A stretch of DNA of 64,000 bases, taken from positions 352,574-416,573 of the forward strand of contig CAVTEH010000003.1 of NCBI GenBank assembly GCA_963733635.1, given 5' to 3'. Below are positions 9,822 through 21,015 of the stretch, one piece after another (position 1 is the stretch's first letter; every line of letters begins with the position of its first letter). A model generated the notes under the pieces. It was not told the origin of the DNA, made no database searches, and worked only from the letters and a program-made list of their open reading frames with translations. A program made the position numbers and the translations under genes. Source of the stretch: an uncultured Actinomycetota bacterium. Lineage in GTDB: Bacteria; Actinomycetota; UBA4738; HRBIN12.

Positions 9822-11925
9822 CTACACGTGATCGCGCGGGATGGAGCGGTCCCACTTTCGCTCGAAGACGAGGTCGGAACCTTCGAAGGCCTCCACGGTA
9901 TCGAGCAGCCGGAACGCATCCCGGTCGGCAGTCATCACGCTCCGCGTTCTTACCGCGACCTTCCAGCCACCGCGCTCGAGCCCCAGATCCCGGTCGCACT
10001 CGACTCGGGCAGACAGTGGGTCTCCCTCGCGGATGCTGAACCGGTCGCGGGTGCGCTCGGTGATTTCGAGGCCGTCCGGCAGCCGGTACCGCTGATCGCC
10101 CTCGGGATCCATGGACAGGGTGTAGTGGTGTGAGTCTGGTTCGTGTTCGATCTTGCGGAAAGGTTCCGTGGAATCGACTTCGTGGATCTCCAGCCGTGGT
10201 GGCGATTTCGGCGGCCCGAACTCCGGTACGAGCGGCGCATCACGTGTCTCTGGTGAACGCACCGGCAGGTCGATCCAGGACCCTTCACCGGCAACGAGCG
10301 TCAGCTCGACCGGATCGGGTGACGGCCAGAGCCACGGCCAATAGGTGCTCGAAGATCGCGAGCCGGATCCGGTCGCCGGAGGGCACGGCCTGGCCGAGGA
10401 CATCCAGCTCGAGCTCCACCTCGTAGCGCACCCCAGGCTCGAGCGCTTGCGGGCGTTCGTGCCCGTCCCGGTGAGTGAGGTTGAGCGCTCCCCGACTGAT
10501 CAAAGTCGAGGACCCGTCGGACGCGACGCGACATAACCGGGCGGCCACGAGTGCGAGCGGACGGTCGACAGCGAAGCTGAGGTGCAGCCTGGGATGCCCG
10601 AGCAACTCGACCCTGTCGTCCAGCGGGGCGGTATCGAACGTGAGGCAGAGCGCGTCCTCCTCCCGTTGATCCGGCGGGAAGTCCGTGTCGCGTCCGTAGG
10701 GGCACCAGACGCCCGCGAGCAGCCCGTGCCGCTGCGATCCCGTGTGACGCAGCTCTCGAGGTTCGGATGACTCCTCTGACAAGTCCCCGTCGTTCCCGAG
10801 GTAGAGCCGATGGGCGGTTACCGACGGCGGTGGCCACGTCGGTTCAGACACCCACCGGCCGGGCCGATCGACGTGAAGCTCTTGCGCGCTCGCGGGCTCC
10901 TGGACCCACGCTCGAAGCAGAGGCTCGTCCTCGATGCCGTTCGGCTCGTCCTTCAGCCAGCGGTCCCACCAGCGGAGGGCCTCGCCGAGGAAATCGATCC
11001 GAGGCCCCGGCGCGCCGACGTGTGGCCACGCGTGAGACCACGGCCCGATGAGCCCCTTGCGGACATCGGGCAGCCCCGCGAGCGTCCGCGGGATCGCGTT
11101 CGTGTAGCCATCGGCCCATCCGCCGACCATGTAGACGGGGCACTCGATCGCGGAGAGATCCTCGCAGATGGAGCCGTGCTTCCAGTAGTCGTCGCGGCGT
11201 TGATGCGCGAGCCACTCGGTGATGAACGGTGGCGTCTCCTCGAGGCGGCGAAGCCACGTCTCCTTCCAGCCTTCCCCGACCGTCTCGGGGTCGGGAGGCA
11301 GCGCGTTGTAGGCCAGCATCACCGTCGCCCAGGGCAGGGAATCGCACGCCAGCACGCACCCCCCCTTGTAGTGGACGTCGTCGGCGTAGCGATCGTCGGT
11401 TGAGCACAGGCTGATGACCGCCTTCAACGCAGGCGCTCGCCGAGCCGCGATCTGCAGCCCGTTGAACCCGCCCCAGGAGATGCCGACCATGCCCACCGCT
11501 CCCGAGCACCACTGGGCAGCGGCGAGCCAAGCGATCACCTCCATGGCATCGTCGTGCTCCTGCGGTGTGTACTCACCGGTGATCACACCGTCGGAGTCAC
11601 CCGTTCCGCGGATGTCGACGCGCGCATAGGCATACCCGTGGCCGGCGAACCATGTGCCCAGGGCCTCATCACGCGGAGCCATGGAGTCGCCCTTGCGATA
11701 CGGCAGGTACTCCAGGATCGCGGGCACAGCCTTATCGGTGTCTGGGCGCCAGAGCCGAGAGGCGAGTCGCAACCCGTCGTCGAGGACGATCCACTCGTTG
11801 GGCGTGCGGGCCACCCCGAACGGGAACCGGTCCACGATCATCGTGCTCGCGCGCGTATTGGCCCCAGCCACCTCGGATCGCCCAGAACGGGTGCTCGTGC
11901 TCGCGACCGCGGAAGCGGTCTTCAC
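9822..11925 (-). CDS. CocE/NonD family hydrolase (S15 X-Pro dipeptidyl-peptidase-like), apparent 1-nt insertion near 10352
   Basis: 546-aa ORF with GISWGG nucleophile elbow and RVDIRGTGDSDG. The C-terminal beta-sandwich continues in the 193-aa ORF frame (SSTYWPWLWPSPDPVELTL...). The shift is consistent with an extra T in GCGATCTTCGAG. Confidence 0.75.
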
Positions 11926-12210
11926 CGCACCGTACCAGCGACGAAAGGCGCGGCGCCGTTCTTGTCAGACGGCGAGGTCTGGGGCACCATATGCGGTACG
12001 AGAGGAAGGAGGTGGTCCGACTTGCATGAACAGCTCGAGACCCTCGAGGTGACTGGCTGCTAGCCGTCCCTCGCGGAGGGACCACCCTCCGCCCGTTTGC
12101 CGGGCGACCGGCAGAATCCCAACCAGTTCACCGACCTCACGTGTTCCGGCTGGTCTACCGGACGAAGCCTCGTCAGAGGCCGAAGTGCTCGTGAGGTGAA
12201 GCGCAAGTCG

Positions 12211-12241
12211 AACGGGCCGGGCCCACAGGGTCCGGCCCGTT
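12211..12241. other. GC-rich hairpin (AACGGGCCGG-N11-CCGGCCCGTT) in the divergent region upstream of the Mo-hydroxylase operon
   Basis: Perfect 10-bp inverted repeat read directly. No T-tract follows, so not a canonical terminator. Confidence 0.3.
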
Positions 12242-12285
12242 CGCCGTTCTCAGGAAGGCGTGGGTAAGCTCGGCGGGAGAGCGCT

Positions 12286-13141
12286 GTGCCCGAGGGAGCG
12301 ATGCCCGTGGACTACCTGGTGCCGACCGATGTGGCCGCCGCCCTCGAGATGCGGGGCGCGGGTGGTGTGGTGTTGGCCGGGGGCACCGACCTGTATCCGC
12401 AGCACGTGGGACGCCCCATGCCGGACCCGATAGTCGACATCGGTGCGCTCACGGAGCTGCACGGCATCGAGCGAGACCGACGATGCGTATCGGATCGGCG
12501 CGCTCACGCGCTGGTCGGATGTGGCGGCCGCGTCGATGCCGGGTTGTTTCGACGGCCTGCGGGCCGCGGCACTCCAGGTCGGTGGGGTCCAGGTCCAGAA
12601 CGCCGGCACGGTCGGTGGCAACCTGTGCAACGCCTCGCCGGCAGCCGACAGCATCCCCCCGCTGCTGACCCTGGATGCCTCGGTGGAGCTCAGGTCGGCG
12701 TCCGGCCGCCGGGTCCTGCCCCTCGAGGCCTTCCTCACCGGGTACCGGCAGACGGCGCTTGCGCCCGACGAGCTGTTGACCGCGGTGCTGATCCCTCGTG
12801 ACGCCGAGGACGCACGATCGGTGTTCGGAAAGCTCGGGCTCCGCCGCTATCTCGTGATCTCGGTCGTGATGGTGGCGGTCCTGGTCGCGGCCGACGCGGA
12901 CGGCCTCATCACCGACGCGCGGGTGGCGGTCGGTGCGTGCTCACCGGTGGCGCAGCGGCTGCGATCGCTGGAGTCGGCGCTCCTGGGCCGCTCGACGCAT
13001 GCGCTCGACCCCGCGACGATCGGCGGTCATCTCGATGCGCTGACCCCCATCGACGATGTCCGCGCCACGGCCGACTATCGGCGCCGGTCCGCGTCGATCC
13101 TGGTGAGCCGGGCGCTCGCGAGCTGTGGTGACGACCGATGA
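12286..13141 (+). CDS. Molybdenum hydroxylase FAD-binding medium subunit (CoxM/XdhB-like), frameshift about 12475
   Basis: N-terminal ORF VVLAGGTDLYPQ then second frame YRIGALTRWSDV...GTVGGNLCNASPAADSIPPLL. The two frames overlap at ELHGIER/TDDAYRIG. Confidence 0.75.
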
Positions 13142-13630
13142 GCACGGTCACCTTCACGGTGAACGGATCGTCCACCCAGGTGGACCGATCGGCGCGGCGG
13201 CTCAGCGACGTGCTCCGCGACCACCTGGCGCTCACCGCCACCAAGGTGGGATGCGACGCGGGCGACTGTGGAGCATGCACGGTGCTCCTGGACGGCGAAC
13301 CGGTGACCGCGTGCATGACGTCGGTCGGGCGCCTCGAAGGTCGGCAGGTGGAAACCCTCGAGGGCCTCCACGAAAGCGGAGAGGCCACGCCGTTGCAGGG
13401 CGCCTTCCTCGCGCACGGCGCCGCGCAGTGCGGCATCTGCACGCCCGGCATGCTGGTGTCGGCGGCGGCGCTCCTGCGAGCCACATCCACGCCCACCGAG
13501 CAGCAGGTCATGGACGCCCTCGGGGGCGTGCTGTGCCGCTGCACCGGCTACCGCAAGATCGTCGCCGCGGTCATGGCCGCGCAAGTGGGCGCCACGGAGC
13601 ACCGCGCCGTCGCCGCCGCCGGTCGGCAAG
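13138..13630 (+). CDS. Molybdenum hydroxylase [2Fe-2S] small subunit (CoxS/XdhC-type ferredoxin subunit)
   Basis: GCDAGDCGACTVLLDG and AQCGICTPGM...LCRCTGYRKIV motifs. The ORF runs on out of frame (Arg-rich tail), so the stop is likely lost by an indel. The large subunit begins at 13634 in another frame. Confidence 0.8.
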
Positions 13631-13633
13631 GCG

Positions 13634-15884
13634 GTGGGTCACCGCGCCCAGCGGGTCGACGGCCAACCCAAGGTCAACGGCACCGACGTGTTCGGCGCCG
13701 ACGAGGCGCCCGAGGGAGCGCTCACGATCCGCATCGTCCGCTCTCCCCACCACCGGGCGAGCTTCCGGCTCGGCGACATCGACGCCTACGTCGCGGCGAC
13801 GCCCGGCGTCGAGGCGGTGCTGACCGCCGCCGACATCGATGGCAGCAACCGGTTCGGCGTGATCCCCGCCACGGCCGATCAGCCCGTGTTCGCCGAGGAA
13901 CACGTCCGTTTCCGGGGCGAAGCGGTGGCCATGATCGTGGGCGAACCCGCCCCGATGGCGGCGTTGGACCTTTCCACGTTCCCGGTGACGTGGCAGGAGT
14001 TGCCGCCGCTCATGTCCATCGATGAAGCACAAGCGCAGGACGCGCCCAGGATCCACGACGACGCGCGAGGGCAACATCCTCGTCCGTGGCAACGTGGCAC
14101 GCGGCGATCTCGACGACGCCTTCGCGGCGGCCCACCGTCGAGGTCGAGGGCGTGTTCGAGACCGGCTTCATCGAGCATGCCTACATCGAGCCGGAGGCCG
14201 GCTACGCCGAACGCATCGGCGACCGCGTCGAGGTGCAGGTGACGACGCAGTCCCCGCACATGGACCGGATCGAGCTGGAGCAGATCCTGGGACTGCCCGA
14301 AGGAGGCGTCCGCATCAAGCCGACCGCGGTCGGCGGCGGGTTCGGCAGCAAGCTCGACCTGTCGGTTCAGCCCTATCTGGCCATCGCCGCGTGGAAGCTC
14401 AACCGCCCCGTGCGCCTGACCTACACCCGCCCGGAGTCGATGATGTCGACCACCAAGCGGCATCCCTCCCGGTTGCGCGTACGCATCGGCGCGACCGGCG
14501 ACGGCAGGCTCACCGCCATGGACTTCACCGGCGAGTTCAACACCGGGGCGTACGCGTCGTGGGGGCCGACCGTGGCCAATCGCGTGCCGGTGCATGCGAG
14601 CGGGCCGTACGTCTACGACGCCTACCGCGCACGCACCGCCGCCGATCCACACGAACGGGCCGCCGTCGGGCGCGTTCCGAGGGTTCGGCGTGCCGCAGTC
14701 GACGATCGCGACGGAGGCGCTCTTCGACGAGCTCGCCGATGCGACCGACGTCGACCGGCTCGAGTTCCGCTACCGGAACGCGCTCACGGCGGGCGTGCCG
14801 ACGGTCACCGGGCAGGTGTTCGCCTCAGGCGTCGGGCTACCGCGAGTGTCTCGAGGCGCTCAGGCCGCACTGGGAGCGAGCCCGCGCCGACGCCGCCGCC
14901 GCGAACGATGAGGCCGGCACGACCCGCCGCGGCGTCGGCCTCGCCGGCATGTGGTACGGGTGCGGCAACACCGCCATGGCCAACCCGTCGACGATCAAGG
15001 TCGGGCCTCCGCCGCGACGGCCGCGTCGCGCTGTACCAGGGCGCGGTCGACATGGGCCAGGGCGCCAACACCGTCATGACGCAGATCTGCGCCGACGCGC
15101 TGGGCATCGACATGTCGCGCATCGTCGACGCTCGGCGCCGACACCGACACCACGCCCGACGCCGGCAAGAGTTCCGCGTCGCGCCAGACGTTCATCTCGG
15201 GCAACGCGACCTTCCTGGCCTCGACCGCCCTCCGCGAACGGCTGCTGCTGCTCGCGGGCGCCTCCGATGAGGCCCATCTGGAGCTCGACGACCACCACCT
15301 GGTCGTGCACGATCGCGGCGAGGCGACCAGGGTGGACCTTGCAGCATTGGACGCCGACGAGGACGACCTCGTCGTCCGTCACCAGCGCCACCTACGACCC
15401 GCCGACGACCGCCCTGGACGCCGACGGTCAGGGCGAGCCTTACGCACAGTTCGGCTACGGCGCGCACATGGCCGAGCTTCAGGTCGACATGGAGCTCGGC
15501 ACGGTGCAGCTCCGCCGGATCACGGCCGCGCACGACGTGGGACGCGCGGTGAACCCGACGCTCGTCGAGGGCCAGATCGAGGGCGGCGTCGCCCAGGGCA
15601 TCGGCATGGCGTTGATGGAGGAGTACGTCCCGGGCCGCAACGAGAACCTGCACGACTACCTGATCCCCACGATCGGCGACGTGCCCGAGGTCGTGAGCAT
15701 CCTGGTCGAATCCGGCGACCCGGCCGGTCCCTACGGCGCGAAGGGGATCGGTGAGCACTCGCTGATCCCCACCGCCCCGGCCATCCTGAACGCGATCCGT
15801 GACGCGGTGGGCGCCGGGGTGCGCCATCTGCCCGCCACGCCCGACCGCGTGCTCGCCGCGATCGAGCAAGGCCGTGCGCGATGA
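13634..15884 (+). CDS. Molybdenum hydroxylase large (MoCo-binding) subunit (CoxL/XdhA-like), at least 7 apparent frameshifts
   Basis: GTG start VGHRAQRVDGQPKVNG. Native segments alternate across all three frames, for example GNILVRGNVARGDLDDAFAAA, EVQVTTQSPHMDRIE...AVGGGFGSKL, GAFRGFGVPQSTIATE, MGQGANTVMTQICAD, GGVAQGIGMALMEEY...GAKGIGEHSLIPTAPAILNAIRDA. Confidence 0.8.
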
Positions 15885-17304
15885 CGCCGAGCGCGACCGA
15901 CACCGTCGTCTGCGACGCCTGCCCGATCCGCTGCGTGATCAAGCCCGGACGCACCGGCGCGTGCGACCGCTACGGCAACGTCGACGGGGTGCTCGCTCAG
16001 GCATGGACCCGCTGCTGGTGCTCGAGCGCACCCAGGAACAGGGCGGCGCGCTGGTGCCGTTCGCCTCGCGCGTGGGCGACTGGGACGGGCAGGTGGTGCC
16101 CACCGCCGAGATCGTCCTCACCGGGGCCGGGTCGGGCACGACCTATCCCGACTACAAGCCGGCACCGTTCATCGTCTCTTCCACGGTCGCCGGCGTGGAC
16201 ACCGTGACGGTCGTGACCGAGGCGATCTTCAGCTACTGCGGTGTGGACGTGAAGATCGACACCGACCGCCACGTGGGCGCCGAACGGCAGCTCGTGCGCG
16301 CCCGCGGCGAGGCGGTGGGCCACGTCACCACCGGCCAGTACGGGTCGCAGATGCTCTCGCTGGGCGGGGTGAACCACCTCACCGGCGGCTCCAAGCGCGA
16401 AGGCGTGGCGACCATGGAAACGCTCCTCGCGCTCTGCAGCGGCGAACCGGCCGAGCTCACGGTGGACGAGGGGTCGGAGCTGCTCCTGCAGGCGGGCCAG
16501 CCGCCGGTGATCAACGGCGTCGTCGAGGAACGGATGCGCGTGGGCTGCGGGTCCGCCACCATCGGCATGTTCGCGCAGCAGTGGTACGAGCATGTCGACG
16601 AGGTGGTGGTGGTCGACGATCACATCACCGGTGTGCTTTCCGAGCACCAGGCCGGCCGCTACCTCGACATCCCGCGGACCGGCATCAAGGTCAAGGGCCG
16701 CCGCTCGACGCCCGGGCGGTACTTCAACGTCGCCAACCCCGGTACCGGGCTGGGGCGGCACCGACATCGAGGACCCGCTCACGATCCTGGACGACTTCGA
16801 CCCGAAGGTGTCGCGGCCGGGGCTCTCGGTGCTCATGATCGGCACGACCGGCGAGCACCACGCGTACTTCGTGCTGGACGACGACCTACAGCCCGTGCCG
16901 GCCCCGCTTACCCGACGATCTGCGTCTGTCGGTCGAGCGCATCCGCGAGAACTGCGAGCCGGCGCATGACCTCGGTGCTGTTCATGGCCGGGGCAGGCGG
17001 TTCGCTGCGCGCCGGGGCGACGGAGAACCCGGTGGCGCTGACGCGCTCGGTGAACCAGATGCTCACCCGGGTCACCTGCGGCGGCGCGCCGGTCTACGTC
17101 TGGCCCGGCGGAGGCATCACCTTCATGGTGGACGTCACGCTCGTCCCACCCGGCGCGTTCGGCTACGTACCGACGCCCGCGTTGGTGGCGCCGCTGGAGT
17201 TCACGATGCCCCGCGACGACTACGCCGCGCTCGGCGGACACATGGACGCCATCGTCTCCGATGGACGAGGTGCTCGCACGCTCCGGACGTGCGGCACGCT
17301 ATGA
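15881..17304 (+). CDS. 6-hydroxynicotinate reductase (HnrA)-like Fe-S/flavo-protein, frameshifted (at least 3)
   Basis: Cys-rich N-terminus MTPSATDTVVCDACPIRCVIKPGRTGACDRYGNVDGVL. The body lies in the 15799 ORF frame (LTGAGSGTTYPDYKPAPFIVSS...GGSKREG...), with excursions into two other frames about 16745-16960. Overlaps the next gene start (ATGA). Confidence 0.5.
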
Positions 17305-18180
17305 GCGGCCCGGTGGCGGCGACGACGCCGGACGGGTCGCGCCTGCATCTGCATCACGGCCCGATCGACCTGATCATCGAGGCCTGGGGCGAGCCGGCCG
17401 ATGTCGCGGCCGCCTACCGCGTGGCGTGGGAACGGTTCCAGCCGCTGCTGGACGAGCTGGTCGCGGAGCTGCCGGCTCTGCGACGGCCGCTGGACCTTGC
17501 GGGCGGACCGGCAACTCGCGGTCCGGTCGCCCGACGCATGGCCGCGGCCGTGCGACCCTTCGCGGCCGACCGGTTCATCACGCCGATGGCCGCGGTGGCC
17601 GGGGCCGTCGCCGACGAGATCTGCGCGGCAGATGGTGACCTGCGGCGGTATCCCGCGCGCCTACGTCAACGACGGCGGCGACATCGCGCTGTACCTGACG
17701 CCGGGCGAGACGCTCGAGGTCGGGCCTGGTGCCCGTCCCCGACCGCCCCGCCCTGCTCGGCAAGGCCACGATCCACGCGGACGACGCCGTCCGAGGGGTC
17801 GCGACCAGCGGGCGGCACGGCCGGAGCTACTCGCTCGGCATCGCCGACGCGGTGACCGTGCTGGCCGACTCGGCCGCCCGCGCCGACGCCGCGGCCACGC
17901 TGATCGCCAACGCCGTCGACCTGCCCGGGATCACCCGGCGATCCGCCGGGTGCCCGCGCGCGACCTCGACCCCGACTCCGATCTCGGGGCGCGGCCGGTC
18001 ACGACCGAGGTCGGCGCGCTCACCGCGAACGAGGTCGCGCGACGCGCTCGAGCCTCGGGCGCTCGAGGAGGCCGAGCGGATGCGCGCCGACGGCCTGATC
18101 GCCGCCGCGCGGTGCTGTGCCTCGACGATCAGGTCGCGACGGTCGCGACCCCCGTGCTAGCGTCCGCCGTCGGGGGGTGA
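17289..18180 (+). CDS. UPF0280 family protein, frameshifted across 3 frames
   Basis: SRLHLHHGPIDLIIEAWGEPADVAAAYRVAWERF...FITPMAAVAGAVADEI, then MVTCGGIPRAYVNDGGDIALYLTPGETLEV, then VPVPDRPALLGKATIHADDAVRGVATSGRHGRSYSLGIADAVTVLADSAARADAAATLIANAV in separate frames. Confidence 0.5.
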
Positions 18181-18189
18181 GCGACGAGC

Positions 18190-18765
18190 GTGGACATCCG
18201 CAAGATCGTCACGACGGTCGAGGACGTGCGCAGCGAGGCCGGCCAGCCGGTCGACCCGCCCATCCGGCGCGTCGTCACGGCCGCCGTTCTGACCAACCCG
18301 TTCGCCGGCCGATACGTCGAGGACCTCACCGAGATGATCGACGACAGCGTCGAGCTCTCGGGCATGCTCTCGGCCATCGCGGTCGCCCAGCTCGACGGCC
18401 GCCCAGTCCACAGCTACGGCAAGGGCGGCATCGCTGGGACCAAGGGAGAGCTGGAGCACGTCGCTGCGTTCCTGCATCCCAAGTTCGGCAACCCGCTGCG
18501 CGACGCGTGCGGCGGCGGCAAGGCAATCATCCCGTCGGCCAAGAAGCGCGGCGGGCCGGGCGTCACCGCTCGACGTGCCGCTCCACTACAAGGACGCCGC
18601 GTTCGTGCGGAGCCACTTCGACGCGTCGAGCTCCGGATCGTGGACGCGCCCGACGACGACGAGCTGGTCGATCGCGGTGGCGGTGACCGACGGCGGCCGT
18701 CCGCTGCCTCGCGTCGGCGGCCTGCAAGTGTCGACGAGATCGTCGGCGAAGACGGCCTGCGGTGA
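18190..18765 (+). CDS. Amino-acid-synthesis family protein (PF06684-like), frameshifted
   Basis: MDIRKIVTTVEDVRSEAG...LTNPFAGRYVEDL...GKGGIAGTKGELEHVAAFLHPKFGNPLRDACGGGKAIIP, then LHYKDAAFVRSHFDA and IAVAVTDGGRPLPRVGGLQV in other frames. Confidence 0.55.
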   Translation: MDIRKIVTTVEDVRSEAGQPVDPPIRRVVTAAVLTNPFAGRYVEDLTEMIDDSVELSGMLSAIAVAQLDGRPVHSYGKGGIAGTKGELEHVAAFLHPKFGNPLRDACGGGKAIIPSAKKRGGPGVTARRAAPLQGRRVRAEPLRRVELRIVDAPDDDELVDRGGGDRRRPSAASRRRPASVDEIVGEDGLR

Positions 18766-18772
18766 CGTCCCG

Positions 18773-19990
18773 GTGAGCGACGGGCGCCGACCTGGTCATC
18801 CGCAACATCGGCACGATCGTCACCGGTGACGTCGAGGCGCCCATCGCCGAGGGCGACACCGATCGTCGTGCGCGACGGCGTGATCGCGTCCGTCGGCGAC
18901 ATCGGCGAGCGTCGACCCATCGGACATCCCGGCCGTGATCGACGCGGCGCGGCGCAACCGTGACGCCCGGCCTTTGCGACGACCACGTGCACCCGGTGCT
19001 GGGCGACTTCACGCCGCGCCAGTCGCAGCTCGGGTTCATCGATTCCTACCTGCACGGCGGCACGACGACGATGCTCTCTGCGGGCGAGCCGCACACGCCC
19101 GGCCGCCCCACCGACCCCGCCGGCGTGAAGGCTCTGGCGATCCTTGCCCACGCGTCGTTCGCGAAGCTCCGTCCGTCGGGCGTCAAGGTGCACGCGGGCG
19201 CCGTGCTCTGCTGGAACCCGGTCTCACCGAGGCCGACTTCGAAGAGATGGCCGCCGCGGGCGTCGAGCTGGTCGGCGAGATAGGTATCTCCGGCGTCAAG
19301 GACCCCGACGTCGCCGCCGAGATGACGCGCTGGGCCCAGGCCCGCGGCATGCGCGTCATGGTGCACACGGGCGGCGCCTCCATCCCCGGCAGCGGCATCG
19401 TCGGGGCGGACTTCGTCGTGGTGGTGCAGCCGGACGTGGCGGGCCACGTCAACGGAGGCCCCACCGCGCTGCCGCTGGATCACGTGGAGCGGATCCTCGA
19501 CGAGACGCACGGCGCGGGTCGAGATCGTGCACAACGGCAACGTCAAGGCCGCCGGCGAGGTCGCGGCGCTCGTGTCCCACCGCTGCGAGCTCCACCGCCT
19601 GGTCGATCGGCACCGACAGCCCCGCGGGCAGCGGCGCGCAGCCACTCGGCATGCTGCGAGCGATCTCGTGGGTGGCGGCCCTCGGCGGCGTCGACCCGGC
19701 CGCGGCGATCGCCGCCGCCACCGGCAACGTGGCCGCCGTGCATGGACTCGAACACCGGCGTCGTCGCCGCGGGCCGCGAGGCCGACCTGCTCGTCATGGA
19801 CGCGCCGCTCGGCTCCCAGGCCGACGACGCGCTCGGCGCCCTCGCGATCGGCGACACACCAGCGGTGGTGACGGCCATCATCGACGGCGATGCCTCGCTT
19901 CACGAAGAGCCGCAATACCCCGCCGCCGGTGCGACCGGTGTCGTTCTCGAGTTAGTCGCCGCTGCTGGTTTCCGCGTTGGCGAGTCATGA
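18773..19990 (+). CDS. Enamidase-like amidohydrolase (1,4,5,6-tetrahydro-6-oxonicotinate amidohydrolase family), frameshifted (at least 4)
   Basis: DLVIRNIGTIVTGDVEAPIAEGDT / IVVRDGVIASVGDIGE / TPGLCDDHVHPVLGDFTPRQSQLGFIDSYLHGGTTTMLSAGEPHTPGRPTDPAGVKALAI / MVHTGGASIPGSGIV...HVNGGPTAL / ATGNVAAVHGLNTGVVAAGREADLLVMDAPLGS...IIDGDASL spread over three frames. The GTG start is restored if the GGG run at 18780 is shortened by one. Confidence 0.6.
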
Positions 19991-19992
19991 CC

Positions 19993-20268
19993 TCACGGAG
20001 CTGGCGATCGCCCGTCCTTCATCGTGACGACGACCGCTCGATCTTCCTCGTCGAGGTAGACGTACACGAGGATCATCGACCGCCAAGGCCCGAGCAGGAA
20101 CCGGTAGCCCGCCCACCGTCCGTCGAGCTCGGGACCGAGGCGAGGGAATCGGGTGAGCGGTGCCAGCGAGCGAGCGACCCGTTCCCGCGTATCGGCGGGA
20201 AGGCTGTGCGAGGCGATGAGTCGTTCGAGATCCTCGACGGCGGTCGAGCTCACCTCGACAGAGGTCAC
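19993..20268 (-). CDS. RelE/ParE-family type II toxin
   Basis: 91 aa; WAGYRFLLGPWRSMILVYVYLDEEDRAVVVTMKDGRS fits the ParE/RelE C-terminal pattern. Confidence 0.5.
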   Translation of the reverse strand: MTSVEVSSTAVEDLERLIASHSLPADTRERVARSLAPLTRFPRLGPELDGRWAGYRFLLGPWRSMILVYVYLDEEDRAVVVTMKDGRSPAP

Positions 20269-20284
20269 GGGCTAGAGGTCATCG

Positions 20285-20380
20285 AGCGAGACGGTCCGGC
20301 CCGCCCGGGCATCGTCGACCCCTTCAGCCGCTCGCTCGAGCGCACCCGGGATGCCATCGAGGAGTTCCATTGAGCGCCAG
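20285..20380 (-). pseudogene. Short (32-aa) putative antitoxin remnant upstream of the ParE-like gene
   Basis: Own translation MELLDGIPGALERAAEGVDDARAGRTVSLDDL, bounded by an in-frame stop immediately upstream. Too short for an intact ParD or Phd. Confidence 0.2.
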
Positions 20381-20388
20381 CCCAGGAC

Positions 20389-20706
20389 TCAGGTGCGGAT
20401 CCCGAGTGCGAAGCGGAGCGCTCGATCGAGGCGGGGGAGCTCATCGGTCGACAGGTGGCCGAGCGGTCGCCGACGCATGGCTTCCTTGGGGATCGTCTGC
20501 AGCGAGTCGCAGTTGGCGACCGATCGCTTCCGCAATCCGTTGGCGCGCCCCAGAGCAACCTCGCTGGCGATGTGACGGATGGTGCGGGTCACGGGCGCCA
20601 CGGTGACGGCCGTTCGCACCGCGATCGCGGAGGTGCGCGTGACCAGCAGTACCGGTCGCCGTCCGGCCGGCTCGGGTAGATCGGCAAGGTAGATCTCGCC
20701 GCGACG
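20389..20706 (-). CDS. mazF: MazF/PemK-family toxin (type II TA), start codon unclear
   Basis: Own translation LRRGEIYLADLPEPAGRRPVLLVTRTSAIAVRTAVTVAPVTRTIRHIASEVALG...CDSLQTIPKE...LRFALGI. No ATG or GTG lies directly after the antitoxin stop. Confidence 0.6.
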   Translation of the reverse strand, partial: RRGEIYLADLPEPAGRRPVLLVTRTSAIAVRTAVTVAPVTRTIRHIASEVALGRANGLRKRSVANCDSLQTIPKEAMRRRPLGHLSTDELPRLDRALRFALGIRT

Positions 20707-20712
20707 CAGTGT

Positions 20713-20994
20713 TCAGCCTTCCGGCCACGCGGTGGCGCCGAGGGCTCGAAGCGCCGCGAATTCCTCGAGGTCCTCGGGCACCCGCGAATACGCCTGGGCA
20801 TAGCGCACGTCGGCGGCCGACTCCGAGATCGCTTCCACGTACAGGTCGACGGCGCGGCGGATCAGCTCGCTCCGGTTGTCATCGGCCGCGCTGGCGAGCC
20901 GATCGAGCGCGGCGACCTGCGCATCGTCCAGCTGCACCAGGACCTGTTTCCGTGCCATCTCGGGCATCATGCCATATGAAATAGCATATGGCAC
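20713..20994 (-). CDS. Ribbon-helix-helix (CopG/MazE-like) antitoxin
   Basis: MARKQVLVQLDDAQVAALDRLASAADDNRSELIRRAVDLYVE; stop abuts the MazF-like gene. Confidence 0.65.
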   Translation of the reverse strand: MPYAISYGMMPEMARKQVLVQLDDAQVAALDRLASAADDNRSELIRRAVDLYVEAISESAADVRYAQAYSRVPEDLEEFAALRALGATAWPEG

Positions 20995-21015
20995 CGCAAG
21001 GAAACGTGACGCCGG

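Noticed and set aside
7834-9999. ORF-track start at 9999 for the TPR-cyclase
   Set aside because: The first about 70 residues are Arg-rich and improbable. A GTG with GAGGAG RBS at about 9792 is preferred.
12286-19990. Calling the frameshifted catabolic cluster a set of true pseudogenes
   Set aside because: The shifted segments retain highly conserved motifs, and indels sit at short homopolymers. Sequencing or assembly error is at least as likely. Left as CDS with frameshift notes.
20265-20558. 97-aa minus-strand ORF
   Set aside because: Ser/Arg-rich wrong frame. The same DNA encodes a MazF/PemK toxin in another frame.
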